From Cyanobacteria bacterium P01_A01_bin.123 (lineage in GTDB: Bacteria > Cyanobacteriota > Cyanobacteriia > Phormidesmidales > Phormidesmidaceae), in the NCBI GenBank assembly GCA_039815185.1, contig JBCBZT010000033.1, positions 27,838 through 91,837 of the forward strand: DNA of 64,000 bases, read 5' to 3'. Under the pieces are notes generated by a model. That model did not search any database. It saw nothing but the letters and a program-made list of their open reading frames with translations, and was not told the DNA's origin. The stretch's first letter is position 1. Every line of letters starts with the position of its first letter. A program made the position numbers and the translations under genes. Shown here piece after piece: positions 9,442 to 18,842 of the stretch.

Positions 9442-11661
9442 CTACTCAATAAAGTTATTCTCCTGGAGAGCTGGAAAAATCGGATCACTTAAATTGGTAA
9501 TGTGAATTCCTTCCCGTGAGAATCCGCCAAACGAAGTTGCCGCAGCAAGATGATTTTGGCGGATCACCTGGCGGCGACCCAAGAAGCCAAAAATGCGAAT
9601 ACCATCAATCGGCGAGTTGGCTGTGCTCGTAAAACGACGTAGCGAGAGCACATTATTTTCGATCACAAAACTATTGCAATTGCCTACAAAGATGCCGTGA
9701 CGTTCTTTCACAATGCGCCCCGACACGTTGGGAAAGGCAATGTGCAGGGTATTGCCGAGGATGAGGAGTGTGCCAATGCGATCAGGCTCGCCCCGCGACG
9801 TTTCATGGTGACTTACCCCGACATGGATGCCCTGCAGCATATTTTGCAAACTGTTGTTCAATACCCGTACGTCTTCCGCGATCGCGCCGCCCACCACAAT
9901 GCCCTGGGCCGCTGGATTTTGGGGGTTCGGGGAGAGAATCTGGTTGTTGTCGACCTGGGTGTAGCGAGTGTTCACCAGCAAAATACCGATTTGGCGATCG
10001 CCCACCTCTAGATTGCAGCGCTGAATCCGTACGATACTGACAACGTTGCTCAGCTGATGTTGCTCGACCTGACGGGGAGATACGGTGATGCAAGCGGCGT
10101 TTTTTCGCGAGCTGCCGGTGCATTTCAGGGTGGTTTCTTCGACCGTGACTTGGGGGCAGTCGTAAAAGCTGAGGGTGCCCTGGAGTCGGGCATTTTGTGG
10201 AAAGCTGGCGGTGCTGTTTTCGGCATAGAGGTCTCGAACAATGACGCTCTGGCAATTTTCAACCCGTAGGGCGGCTTCAGCGTTGCTCGACAGCAAGCGA
10301 GTGCCAAAGCCGGATCCGGTGACTTTCACATGCCCTTTGTTTTGAATCAGGAGGGGGCGGGTAAGGGCATAATTGCCCGGCTGTAAGCAGATATGAATAT
10401 CTGCGACCCCGTTAGCAATTTGCGTCAGACTCGCTTCCCAGTTATCAGGATTGAGGGTGTAGGTGCAGGTGCCGCCGCCGGTTGTCCCAGAGAGACTCAG
10501 TCCCCGTCGCAGAAACACGACATAGGTCTCCTGGCCCGTGGCTGCCAGCACCGGGTAGACATCAACCGCATCGACGCCAGGCCGTATGGGGTCAAAGGCG
10601 AACGATCGCTGGAATACTGCTCGGAGCTGAGTCGGTTCTAGCGCCACGTGGCGCAGCTCGGTGTCAGCAAAAAAGGTGCTCAAGCTAAAGCCAGGAGTGG
10701 TGCCGATGCCAGTGGGCAAATAACCTGCTGCGGGCAAATAGTCAAACACTTGACTGGCGAGGATGCCAATGTCACCGCTGGCCCGCAGGTCAGCCAACTG
10801 TTGCTGAAACTGCCGCAGGAAAGCGCGGGCCTCAATCAGGCGACGGCGACCGACCAGGGCGGTATCGGCATTGAGCCAACTCTCATCCCCACCGTTGGGG
10901 AAGCACGGACGCCGGACGGCCCACATATCCACAAAGCGTACGGTCTGGGGCTGAAAGCGAAATACAGCAAGCGGTACGTCGCACTGGGTGAGGCGCTGAT
11001 CGGTTCGGAGCTGATCGATCAGGCCGTATGCCGTCGGGGCATGCACCGGATCGGGGGCAAAGCCGATGATCTGGTCAGTGCCCAAACAACGATGGGCCAA
11101 GCGACTGCGGGTGTTGGGGGCGCTTCCGGAGGGAACTACAAAGTCGTCATTGGTTAAGGGAATGAGCTTGAACTGCACCCCCACTTCCTCATAGCGATGG
11201 GTGCAGCCGGGACGATCGCCCTCCAGCCCGGAGTTGGGGGCCATCGTGGTGGAAAGGCGCGTTGCACTGGCGATCGCCAGCAGGTAGTAGCCGGTGGAGA
11301 CTTTGCCCGTTAGCTTCGTGGCTCCGGCGATGTCGCAGGGCACGAAGGGGGAGGTGGGATTGCCCAATGGCTCGGTCAACACCAGTTCAACGGTGGTGGT
11401 ACCCGGCAGCGATAAACCATCGCCTCGGGGATTGACGGCCAGTCCGGCGGTAATTTGCAGATCGCGTTGGCCGTTCACCGCGGTTACCGCTAAGCCGTGG
11501 ACAACCCCGGTGCCAACCGCCTGACCTAAATAGCGCGATCGCTTCAGTCCGGCGGCCTGCTCGTCCCGCAGGTCGGTGGCCGTGAGAATGCGCCCGTTAA
11601 AGAAATTGGGATGTTGTAGGCTGTCGACAAAAACGGCGTCTAAAAATTGATTATTCATCAC
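9442..11661 (-). CDS. eCIS tail-fibre/crown-like protein with C-terminal right-handed beta-helix (pectin lyase-like)
   Basis: N-terminal PNFFNGRILTATDLRDEQ...LGQAVGTGVVHGLAV baseplate-attachment motif; C-terminal HICLQPGNY and repeated GIxV/NN beta-helix turns. Confidence 0.75.
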   Translation of the reverse strand: MMNNQFLDAVFVDSLQHPNFFNGRILTATDLRDEQAAGLKRSRYLGQAVGTGVVHGLAVTAVNGQRDLQITAGLAVNPRGDGLSLPGTTTVELVLTEPLGNPTSPFVPCDIAGATKLTGKVSTGYYLLAIASATRLSTTMAPNSGLEGDRPGCTHRYEEVGVQFKLIPLTNDDFVVPSGSAPNTRSRLAHRCLGTDQIIGFAPDPVHAPTAYGLIDQLRTDQRLTQCDVPLAVFRFQPQTVRFVDMWAVRRPCFPNGGDESWLNADTALVGRRRLIEARAFLRQFQQQLADLRASGDIGILASQVFDYLPAAGYLPTGIGTTPGFSLSTFFADTELRHVALEPTQLRAVFQRSFAFDPIRPGVDAVDVYPVLAATGQETYVVFLRRGLSLSGTTGGGTCTYTLNPDNWEASLTQIANGVADIHICLQPGNYALTRPLLIQNKGHVKVTGSGFGTRLLSSNAEAALRVENCQSVIVRDLYAENSTASFPQNARLQGTLSFYDCPQVTVEETTLKCTGSSRKNAACITVSPRQVEQHQLSNVVSIVRIQRCNLEVGDRQIGILLVNTRYTQVDNNQILSPNPQNPAAQGIVVGGAIAEDVRVLNNSLQNMLQGIHVGVSHHETSRGEPDRIGTLLILGNTLHIAFPNVSGRIVKERHGIFVGNCNSFVIENNVLSLRRFTSTANSPIDGIRIFGFLGRRQVIRQNHLAAATSFGGFSREGIHITNLSDPIFPALQENNFIE

Positions 11662-13777
11662 GATCGCCTCCCCAGGTCAACTCAGCTATGAGCAAATAAA
11701 GCTGTCGATCCTCAGTATTGCCAGGGTCCCAGCGAGGCGACAGATATACCGCCAGATAATCGGGACTGTCGATGCCCTCTTCGCGAATCTCCTCGTTGAG
11801 GGTGAGTTCTAACGCCGGACTGCGCTGCAAATGAAACTCTTGCAATCGCATGAACGGCAGGGGTTCGTTTTCCGGGGGAGGTTCGCGAAATCTCTCCATG
11901 GTGAGCTGCGACGAGGCTCGGGGTGCCTCCCCAAATCGCAGCGACTGACGCCACCGCCAGAGCACCTGCCAGAGTACACCGCCTCCCGCCGCCGTGCAGT
12001 AGAGCCGCAAAAACGGCACCTGACCTGGCTCTACCGTGTTGGGACGCAATATGGAAAAGGCGGCGAGCCCCCCATTCTGCGGGAAAATCAGGGCCGGATA
12101 ACCGTTCACGGTACCGGGGCGAGCGGGGCGAAGATCGGGACTGATTTGTTCTGGGCGATCGGTGACCTCGCCGAAGAGCACCATATCGATGGGCCGCAGT
12201 ACGGTTCTGGCGGGGGGCGGGAGCGACGACGATTGGGGAATGACCACATCGAAGGCGATCGCCTCAGCGGTTCCGGCGGGATAGACCCCCCGGGGTCGAG
12301 TGGTGCTTTCAAAGGTGACGCTGCCGTTGGCTAAAGGCGGCGTGGCGGCGGGCGGCGGTGGTGGCATCACCACGTTAAAGGCTACGTTGGTCCCGTCCGG
12401 TAGGGGACTCACCGGGAACACGCCAACCGTATCATCCCCTTCCTGATAGCGGGCGCTGCCTTCGCCCAGCAGCGGATTCGGCACGACGACGTTAAAAGCC
12501 ACATTGGCCCCGTCTGGCAGAGGCTCGGCGGGATAGACCCCCGGCGCACTATCCCCCGCCTCATACTCAGCCGTGCCCTCCCCAAGGGCGATTTCGGTGC
12601 CGCCGTGGAGCAAGGTTTGCAACAGCAGTTCTTGCAGCAGGCGGGTGTGGAGCAGATACGGTCGCTTCAGGTGTTCAACAGTTAAAGTACTTTCGTCGAC
12701 GGTGCCCTCTGCCGTCAGGTCAAACTGCGCGATCGCTAATAACAGACAGTCATCCTCGGTGGTCTTGCAGGCTTGGGGCTGGCTGGCCCAATGCTGGAGC
12801 ACCGCTCGCCGCAGCACCGTCCCATCCTCGGGGGAGAGGGTGACCTCCGCCACCGCATCAATGGGGTCCTGACTGTTTTGCTCGATGTAGTCGTCCAGAG
12901 CGGTGGTAAAAAGGTCAATCTGCTCGGCCAAGAGCGTTTCGTCGCTCGGGGCAGTGGTGTCAATCGCAATTTTCTCCAGCAGAGCGAGCACCGGATTATG
13001 CAGCAAGTTCAGACTGGGACGGGTGTTGGTGACCCAATAGCGCAGCAGTTCCCGCAGAATGTCGCGAGCCTCAGCTTCGGGCAATTCGACAGACTCCAGG
13101 GTCGCCAACCGGGTCGGGTCATCCAGGCTATCCCGCAGAATTTGTACGGCGGCGGGCACATCAACCGCCCCCCCGGGCACCAGCTCAATCTTGGCCAAGA
13201 GATCACCAATCGCCCGCACCCAGTCTTCTTCATGTTGCCGCGGGGGCTGCGATCGCAACTGCAACTCAAACTCATCGCGAATACGGGTGTATTGGATGAC
13301 GCCGTTTTCGCCACTATCGGTGCGGCAGGGATTGCCCAAAATCGGTTGAGCACCCGTCTGGCAGGGGTAATAGCAGAGAGTGACGTAGACCCCCAGCGGA
13401 CTCCCTTCGCCATTTACAGGCATCAACGTGTCACGGTTCGCCGTTTCCTCACCCTCGGCCACGGCAGCACTGAGCCAGGTATTGAGTTGAGCACATTGCA
13501 GTGCATCAACCAGCACTTCCCGCCCCAGCGGATCGATGGCGAGGCCGCAGTCGACTTGAATTTCCAGGTCCTCGCTGGTGCCCTGGGTGGTGACATCCAG
13601 GCCCCAGACCGTGCCATAGCCATGGAGACTGCGATTATGCAACCGAGCTTTATGGAGGAAATAGAGTTGTTCTTGCTGGAAGTCTTTGACTCCCAAGACC
13701 TGCCCCAGCACGTAGTTCAAGCGCTCGTTGGCATGGAGTTCATCCAGGTCGGCACAAAGGTGAAAGGGTTGACTCAT
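11651..13777 (-). CDS. eCIS fibre/crown-like protein with internal repeats
   Basis: N-terminal RLNYVLGQVLGVKDFQQEQLY...HGYGTVWGLDV...GLAIDPLGREV motif shared with the adjacent gene; three ~35-38 aa repeats. Confidence 0.7.
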   Translation of the reverse strand: MSQPFHLCADLDELHANERLNYVLGQVLGVKDFQQEQLYFLHKARLHNRSLHGYGTVWGLDVTTQGTSEDLEIQVDCGLAIDPLGREVLVDALQCAQLNTWLSAAVAEGEETANRDTLMPVNGEGSPLGVYVTLCYYPCQTGAQPILGNPCRTDSGENGVIQYTRIRDEFELQLRSQPPRQHEEDWVRAIGDLLAKIELVPGGAVDVPAAVQILRDSLDDPTRLATLESVELPEAEARDILRELLRYWVTNTRPSLNLLHNPVLALLEKIAIDTTAPSDETLLAEQIDLFTTALDDYIEQNSQDPIDAVAEVTLSPEDGTVLRRAVLQHWASQPQACKTTEDDCLLLAIAQFDLTAEGTVDESTLTVEHLKRPYLLHTRLLQELLLQTLLHGGTEIALGEGTAEYEAGDSAPGVYPAEPLPDGANVAFNVVVPNPLLGEGSARYQEGDDTVGVFPVSPLPDGTNVAFNVVMPPPPPAATPPLANGSVTFESTTRPRGVYPAGTAEAIAFDVVIPQSSSLPPPARTVLRPIDMVLFGEVTDRPEQISPDLRPARPGTVNGYPALIFPQNGGLAAFSILRPNTVEPGQVPFLRLYCTAAGGGVLWQVLWRWRQSLRFGEAPRASSQLTMERFREPPPENEPLPFMRLQEFHLQRSPALELTLNEEIREEGIDSPDYLAVYLSPRWDPGNTEDRQLYLLIAELTWGGDRDE

Positions 13778-13829
13778 GGGGCATCTCCTGTTGGCAATTG
13801 GGTAAGGAAAGGAGGGGGGACACCGACCG

Positions 13830-16175
13830 CTAGCAGGCCAGCACGGTGCGATTGTTGAGGGTGTAGGGGAAGGCCGCCGCTAGCGTCGCCTCGGCTAAAG
13901 CCGATTGCCCCAACACAAAGGTTTCAAATTGGCCGCCCTGGCCCAAAACGGTATCCCACCCCAGGCGCACCTCGCCGACGCGGAAGAGTGCCCAGTACTG
14001 TTTGATGGTGAAGGCGGTATGGGCGGGTTTCTCCAGCTCGACAATGCGCCGGATGAGGGTTTCGGTCGCGCTGGTGAGCGGCGTGGGCAAGAGCACCGTA
14101 AAGCGGTGAGCCCGAGCCTTGGCGTCGGCCTGCACATTGGCGGTCAAGGTCAGTTCGGGGTCGGTGGGGTCCCCGGCGGCGACCCCCGGCCACGTGCGGG
14201 TCAAAAACTGCTCTACAATCCGGACGGTGGGACACAACTGGGCCACGTCATCCTGGAAGAGGCGGGGACCGAATTCGGGATAGAGGGTAAGCAAAATGGC
14301 CTGCAAGATTCCCACGGTCGTGCCCCGACGATGGAAGAAATAGGGAGCCTGGGCAATCAATAGCCGCCGCTGATACTCGCTCCACCCCGGTTCCAGAGCC
14401 AGACCAAACCAGTCCGCCAACCAGTCCAGGGCGTCGGTGGGCACTGTGCGCACATCGAACAAGGTTTGCGCTTGGGCAATCAACCCTTCTACGGTGGTGA
14501 AGATGCCCTCCGGATTGGCCAGGAACTGATCGAGAAACGTCTGGGACGCCAAATCCTGCTGGTAAACCGCGGGCAAATACTGGCGCAAATACGAAAATCG
14601 GGGGTAGTGCACCCGCAGCGATCGCACCAGGGGCGAACTGCGACCATTGCCGATCAGGGCCAGACGCAGTTGGAGATAGCGTCCCGGCAGTTGCTGAAAT
14701 AGCAGTTCCCAGGTGCCTGTATGGGGATCCTCCCGGTCTATCTCACTCCACAGGTTGCTATAGGGCACCTCAACGGCGGGACGGCGGTAGGGAGTCGGCT
14801 GTCGCTGCCAGGTGGCCCACTCCAGATCGGCGATTGTCTCTGCCGCCCGCGCCTCGATCTGCAGAGCCGTTTCCGGCGGTAGACAGGCATCGATACAGAG
14901 GCGATGCCACAAACAGCCGGGTTCCTTGCCATCCAGGGCTGCTAATGTCAGTGTGGCCTCGGTTTCGTAACGTTGGCGGGGTAATGCTTTAATGGGCAAC
15001 CAGCGATCACTCGCCTGCAAGTAATACGCTTCGCCCTCTGACCAGGTGGCCACGAAGGACACCGTATCCAGCTGCCGTAGAGGATAGTAGCGCCGCTCAA
15101 TGCGCAACTGCAGGGGCTCCAAGGATGCCAGCCGCAGACCATAGGCTTGATTGCCCGACTGATCCACCACAAACAGGGTGCCGGTGGCCAAGAACCGCCC
15201 CCGTAGATCGCGATCGGGCACGTAGGTCAGATCATAGCCGCGAATCTGGCCGAGATTCAGGTCATCGGCCTCCGCCTCCACCAGATTGCTGATCAGCAGC
15301 GTTAGCGATCGCGGATTTTGGCCCTCGCGATCGTAGTGCCAGAGGATGGCGGCGCCGCTATCGGGCTGATCGAGTAGCCAGAAAGAACCATCGGGTAGAG
15401 GAGCCAGGGCAATCGGGTTTGTGGTTTCAGTTAACAAAATGGCGCTGGGCAGGGTCGCCGATCGCGATCGACGCGGCGCGCCTGACTTGGGCTGGAACGG
15501 GGTAAACACCGCCGCCGTTCTGGGTTGCACCGGGAGGAGCCGGAGGCGCTGATCTAGCCGCCAAAGCTGACGATGTTGGCGATCGAGCACGAGTAAGCCG
15601 CCATCGGGCAACGCAGCGAGATCAAAAGGCGCAGCGGGTTCCCCCCCGGCGGCGGGCGGTAGGGGGAGCCGCAAATAAGCGTTGTCTAAGGCATAGAGGT
15701 CAAAGGCCAAGAGGCTGCCGGTACTGGGGGAGCCGACCACCAGATACCCTTCCCGCATCACCGCCAGACCTGCCAACCGTTCCTCACGCGTTGCAGAGGA
15801 TGGGGCCGCAGGACGGAACGGTCGCGAGGGGGATGAGTTCAGACACTCAGCCGCCGGTCGGGGAAAGAGCACTTCGGGGGCAGTGGCTTCAGCCCAGCGC
15901 GCGTGTATCTGGGTGCGGATCTCGTTCTCCTGCTCGATCACTTCGATCCAGTACCAATGGCCGTAGACGTCGCGATCGCTATCCCGCCGCTGCGTCGGAT
16001 CGAGAGCGATCGCCCCCGACTGTTGGAAGGTAAAGATTTCCGCCTGCAGTCGAATGCCCTCGCGGGCCTCGTCATATTCCCAGCGTCGACCCTGGCCGCG
16101 CTCTAGCAGGCTACGCTCCTCCCAGTCCGAGCGACCCAGGAACAGATGATAGCGGGTATCGTTAACGTCTCTCAT
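13830..16175 (-). CDS. Baseplate wedge/phage tail protein (P2 gpI-like C-terminal domain, beta-propeller-like N-terminus; Afp12-like position)
   Basis: YLRQYLPAVYQQD...FLDQFLA, LDWLADWFGL, FHRRGTTVGI, IVELEKPAHT motifs. Confidence 0.85.
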   Translation of the reverse strand: MRDVNDTRYHLFLGRSDWEERSLLERGQGRRWEYDEAREGIRLQAEIFTFQQSGAIALDPTQRRDSDRDVYGHWYWIEVIEQENEIRTQIHARWAEATAPEVLFPRPAAECLNSSPSRPFRPAAPSSATREERLAGLAVMREGYLVVGSPSTGSLLAFDLYALDNAYLRLPLPPAAGGEPAAPFDLAALPDGGLLVLDRQHRQLWRLDQRLRLLPVQPRTAAVFTPFQPKSGAPRRSRSATLPSAILLTETTNPIALAPLPDGSFWLLDQPDSGAAILWHYDREGQNPRSLTLLISNLVEAEADDLNLGQIRGYDLTYVPDRDLRGRFLATGTLFVVDQSGNQAYGLRLASLEPLQLRIERRYYPLRQLDTVSFVATWSEGEAYYLQASDRWLPIKALPRQRYETEATLTLAALDGKEPGCLWHRLCIDACLPPETALQIEARAAETIADLEWATWQRQPTPYRRPAVEVPYSNLWSEIDREDPHTGTWELLFQQLPGRYLQLRLALIGNGRSSPLVRSLRVHYPRFSYLRQYLPAVYQQDLASQTFLDQFLANPEGIFTTVEGLIAQAQTLFDVRTVPTDALDWLADWFGLALEPGWSEYQRRLLIAQAPYFFHRRGTTVGILQAILLTLYPEFGPRLFQDDVAQLCPTVRIVEQFLTRTWPGVAAGDPTDPELTLTANVQADAKARAHRFTVLLPTPLTSATETLIRRIVELEKPAHTAFTIKQYWALFRVGEVRLGWDTVLGQGGQFETFVLGQSALAEATLAAAFPYTLNNRTVLAC

Positions 16176-16178
16176 GGG

Positions 16179-18434
16179 TTAACACCGTTCAGGCAAAATA
16201 GGAATGGGCGTCCACTCAGCACCCGTGCTCACGGCTGGGGCATTGCGGAGCTGATCGAGGCGTACCGCCGGACCGCTGACCACCGATACCCCCGCCAGAC
16301 GGGGCAGCATCAAACCCGCCAGCGTCACGCGGGTAACGTTGTCGGTGGTGGTCGTACCGAGATATAGGGGCGCAGTTTCGTCCAGCAGTCGCACCCCGTC
16401 GACCCGCGTGACGATTGCCTCCAGTTCCCCCTGCAACACCGGGCCATTCAAGGGCCAGCCCGTGCCCTGTTGTCCGCCATAGAGGGGCGACAAAAAGCGG
16501 TAGAGCTCCTCCTTAACTGCTTCTCGCACGGGACCGGCGGCATAGCCCCCCAACAGGGTGATGCCTACAGAGATCCACACATCTACATAGTGAGGCCCGC
16601 GCACAAACAGCTCCGTGGTCACCAGTCGCCGGGGTTGGAGGTGATTGCACACCGCCTCCAGGAAGAATTGATCGGGCTGGGGATTAGTGTTGTTGGGGCT
16701 GGCGGGAATCACCATCACCGTCACGGCCCCTGGAATATCAGTCAGCACCGGATTGTCCGGGTCAAACAGACTGGGGTCAAACAGGGGCAAAATGGCCACC
16801 CGCCCCAAATCGATGCCGGGGGTTTGGTGGGTCACATCTGCAAAGTCGGTGATCGAGACGAGGCGATCGCGGTGCTGCACATAGCGCGAAACCCCCTTCT
16901 CCGCTGCCGTCGTATCTTGGGCATCATCGCCACCCCAGGTACGTAGGGGATTCGTTACCTTAAAGCCCGCGGGCAGTTCTGGGCTACGGGTAATGGCATT
17001 CACCCCCACATTTCCTTGACGGCCACCGCCATAGGCATAGCTGGCCACGATTAGCTGACGCGGTCGCGCTCCATGGGTGCCATCTCCAAAGGTGATCTGT
17101 CCTGATTCCGGATCGAGAGCAAAGACCTCAGAACGCAGTTCTGCCGACACCTCGTGAGTGATTTCGGACTGGTAGATAGGCAGGCGGGGATCGCTGACGG
17201 GCACCTCTGGATCGGCAGCGAGCAGGTCATCAATGGGCTGCCAGAGGGTGCCTCCCACCGTCAGATCTAAGGTGTCGGGCAACACCGGAGCGTGGGCCAG
17301 CTGAAACACCTGATCCGGTTCGCCAGTGCCGGTGCCCACCACCTCGCCCGTCACGATTACCCGCTGCTGTACTTGAGTGGCATTGATTCCCACCCAACTC
17401 AACCGGGCTTTCAGGGAGGTGGTTGTGGCCGTTTCACTCGTGGTATCTAACCGCAGGCGAATCCATGTCATGAGGCGATCGCTGAGGTTGGTATCCGCCA
17501 GCGACGGGGGATATTCGTCCGTGCCCTCCAGCCCTGGCTCTAGGGCAGCAAAGTTCCAACTGGTGAGTTGCACTTCCGTCCCCGGTAAATCAATCTCGAC
17601 CAGCCCTGGCGCATTGAGAAAGGCCCCTCGACTACGAGACACCAGCGGTCGATAGTTGGGGGTGGGATTGGTGGCGTCGGCAATTTCCCACTGCACAGGG
17701 GCGTGTTCTCCCGCCGCCCGCGTAATTTCGCCCTGGGCTAAGGTCACCCCGGTTTCGTCGAGGTGGGGCATGATGCCGAGGGTCAAGGTTTTTGGGGTCT
17801 CATCAGCTAACTGAGCCCGGGCCGCTTCCGGCGTCTCTCCCGGACGAGACAGCAGCGCGATCCACAGGCAACCATCCACGGTATCGGTCGCTAAATCCAG
17901 CACCGGCAGGGTGCCGTCGGGGCGGGGCGGCGGCATCGGTACCGTTTCATAAAAGGCAGGTACTCGGCTATCCCCCAGCAGGTCAGCATAGAGCTGACGA
18001 TACAGGGTGTCTTGCTCGTCACTGGGATCGATTGCCTGTTTATAAAATAGTTGTGCCGTGATTGGCAGCACCGTCAGTCCCTGGGTGGTGCGAAACCGCA
18101 CCTGTCCAGCCCGCACGTCCAGCCCTGCGGGAAAACTGCGACTGTCTAGAGGACCGCGATCGTTCGACACAGTGACAAACCCTTGAGCGGCAGCGGCAGG
18201 CACTAGGGGAATGCCCAGCAGTTGCAGAAACTTGAGCCGATTGCGCTCGGGAATCTGGTTAGCCCGATACAGGATGCTCTCGGTCATGAAGGCAAAGAGC
18301 TGAATCAGCGTGACCCCCGGATCGCTGTCGTTAAAGTTGGTCCACTCGGGGTTGTGAACCGGAATCCGGGCGATCGCATCCTGCAAAATATCGGTATAGT
18401 TGCGATCGTCGAGGGGGGGAATGTTGATGGGCAT
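16179..18434 (-). CDS. Baseplate J-like assembly protein (Afp11/Pvc11-like)
   Basis: LDDRNY..ARIPVHNPEWTNFNDSDPGVTLIQLFA, GTGEPDQVF, ITFGDGTHGARP, RDRLVSITDF, LQPRRLVTTEL. Confidence 0.93.
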   Translation of the reverse strand: MPINIPPLDDRNYTDILQDAIARIPVHNPEWTNFNDSDPGVTLIQLFAFMTESILYRANQIPERNRLKFLQLLGIPLVPAAAAQGFVTVSNDRGPLDSRSFPAGLDVRAGQVRFRTTQGLTVLPITAQLFYKQAIDPSDEQDTLYRQLYADLLGDSRVPAFYETVPMPPPRPDGTLPVLDLATDTVDGCLWIALLSRPGETPEAARAQLADETPKTLTLGIMPHLDETGVTLAQGEITRAAGEHAPVQWEIADATNPTPNYRPLVSRSRGAFLNAPGLVEIDLPGTEVQLTSWNFAALEPGLEGTDEYPPSLADTNLSDRLMTWIRLRLDTTSETATTTSLKARLSWVGINATQVQQRVIVTGEVVGTGTGEPDQVFQLAHAPVLPDTLDLTVGGTLWQPIDDLLAADPEVPVSDPRLPIYQSEITHEVSAELRSEVFALDPESGQITFGDGTHGARPRQLIVASYAYGGGRQGNVGVNAITRSPELPAGFKVTNPLRTWGGDDAQDTTAAEKGVSRYVQHRDRLVSITDFADVTHQTPGIDLGRVAILPLFDPSLFDPDNPVLTDIPGAVTVMVIPASPNNTNPQPDQFFLEAVCNHLQPRRLVTTELFVRGPHYVDVWISVGITLLGGYAAGPVREAVKEELYRFLSPLYGGQQGTGWPLNGPVLQGELEAIVTRVDGVRLLDETAPLYLGTTTTDNVTRVTLAGLMLPRLAGVSVVSGPAVRLDQLRNAPAVSTGAEWTPIPILPERC

Positions 18435-18446
18435 GATCGGTCTCCG

Positions 18447-18839
18447 TTAACCTCCCAAATTGACCGTAAGGGCGAGGCGCTCACCCGCTCCAGTGCTCAC
18501 CAACCCATAATCCAGGGTGATGATGACTTGCTGCGGATCCTGCGGATCCGCGTCGACCTGCACCTGCCGCAACCGGATGCGCGGTTCCCACAGACGCAGA
18601 GCGGTTTCCACCCGCTCTTGAATCAGGCGACGATTAGCCGTGGTATTAGGCTCGAACAAGAAGCGCCCCAGCCCAGCCCCAAAGGAGCGCAGCATCAACC
18701 GCTCACCGACTTCCGTTTGCAAGATGATTTGAATCGACTCGCGAATGTTTTGCGGGCCTTTCGACCAGGCCATGCGCCCGTCGCTGCCAATCCGAGGCGG
18801 AAAGGCAATACTGCGACCAAAAAGTTTGCCAGCGTCCAT
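18447..18839 (-). CDS. GPW/gp25-family baseplate protein (Afp9-like)
   Basis: GRSIAFP...IRESIQIILQTEVGERLMLRSFGAGL...LWEPRI. Confidence 0.95.
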   Translation of the reverse strand: MDAGKLFGRSIAFPPRIGSDGRMAWSKGPQNIRESIQIILQTEVGERLMLRSFGAGLGRFLFEPNTTANRRLIQERVETALRLWEPRIRLRQVQVDADPQDPQQVIITLDYGLVSTGAGERLALTVNLGG

Positions 18840-18842
18840 TCG

